Origin: Prevotella sp. CAG:617
Lineage (GTDB): Bacteria; Bacteroidota; Bacteroidia; Bacteroidales; Bacteroidaceae
Direction of reading: 5' to 3'
Length of the DNA: 64,000 nucleotides
Assembly: GCA_000438115.1 (NCBI GenBank)
Contig: FR903596.1
Location: 34,815 to 98,814, forward strand
Shown here piece after piece: positions 63,835 through 64,000 of the stretch. Position 1 is the stretch's first letter, and each line of letters opens with the position of its first letter. The position numbers and the translations under genes were made by a program. The notes beneath the pieces were generated by a model. It was not told the DNA's origin. It did no database searches and saw only the letters and a list, made by a program, of their open reading frames with translations.

Positions 63835-64000
63835 TGTCGTCATAAGTAACGTATGTATAAAGTCCAGGGCGGAAAAACGCGGAAAGAGAATAGCCATATT
63901 CAGTTGTGTCACAGTTGTCGTGTAAAGTATTTTGCATGTTTATTGGCTATCTTTTGGTATATTTTCTGTTGTGCTGAAGGTTCAGTTAGAGCAGAGAATA

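Overview
This window reads as a Bacteroidales-type chromosomal segment, about 45% GC, with no Shine-Dalgarno sequences and with TAnnTTTG -7 promoter motifs. It is densely packed with housekeeping genes and I found no CRISPR array, integrase, transposase or rRNA. One tRNA-Arg(CCG) is present.

Recognisable genes in order:
- 1-5.3 kb: a 5'-partial UvrD/PcrA-type helicase, proS, tRNA-Arg(CCG), and a small winged-helix regulator with a membrane protein.
- 5.3-15.5 kb: asnA, pepT, a Kef-type CPA2 antiporter with RCK_C domains, purA, folB, B12-dependent class II RNR nrdJ, and a nitroreductase.
- 15.7-17.4 kb: rpmA-rplU and rnz.
- 17.5-23.9 kb: a tightly packed six-gene minus-strand operon of TolC, a MacA-like adaptor, MacB-like ABC ATPase and permease, a LytS-type histidine kinase and a LytTR response regulator.
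- 24.1-28.7 kb: a 1107-aa PD-(D/E)xK nuclease fused to an SF1B Dna2/Upf1-like helicase, overlapping the end of an MltF-like lytic transglycosylase gene.
- 28.7-34.6 kb: a Dabb protein, yicC, gmk, nadD, and the thrS-infC-rpmI-rplT operon.
- 34.8-41.3 kb: a ferredoxin-nitroreductase fusion, a C69 dipeptidase, nadC, a nucleoside phosphorylase, a TolB-like PD40 lipoprotein, and an outer-membrane beta-barrel protein.
- 41.7-51.6 kb: type III glutamine synthetase, dapL-dapF, rpmB-rpmG plus an unlisted 51-aa DUF4295 ORF, a CinA C-terminal domain protein, tsaD, map, and an acyl-CoA synthetase.
- 51.8-63.8 kb: mltG, guaA, gap, miaA, a DAG-kinase-like lipid kinase, a Crp/Fnr regulator, and a glycogen cluster (debranching enzyme, GT4, GH57).

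The most unusual item is the 1107-aa nuclease-helicase fusion, a candidate Nhi-like or Dna2-like immunity or repair enzyme. Secondary observations are the sensor-coupled efflux operon, unexplained non-coding stretches of about 400-500 nt (46.1-46.6 kb and 54.5-55.0 kb, the latter with a G9 homopolymer), a recurring CCCGGCA/TGCCGGG hairpin, and several unusually long perfect terminator hairpins. All calls come from reading the translations and motifs directly; no database search was possible.
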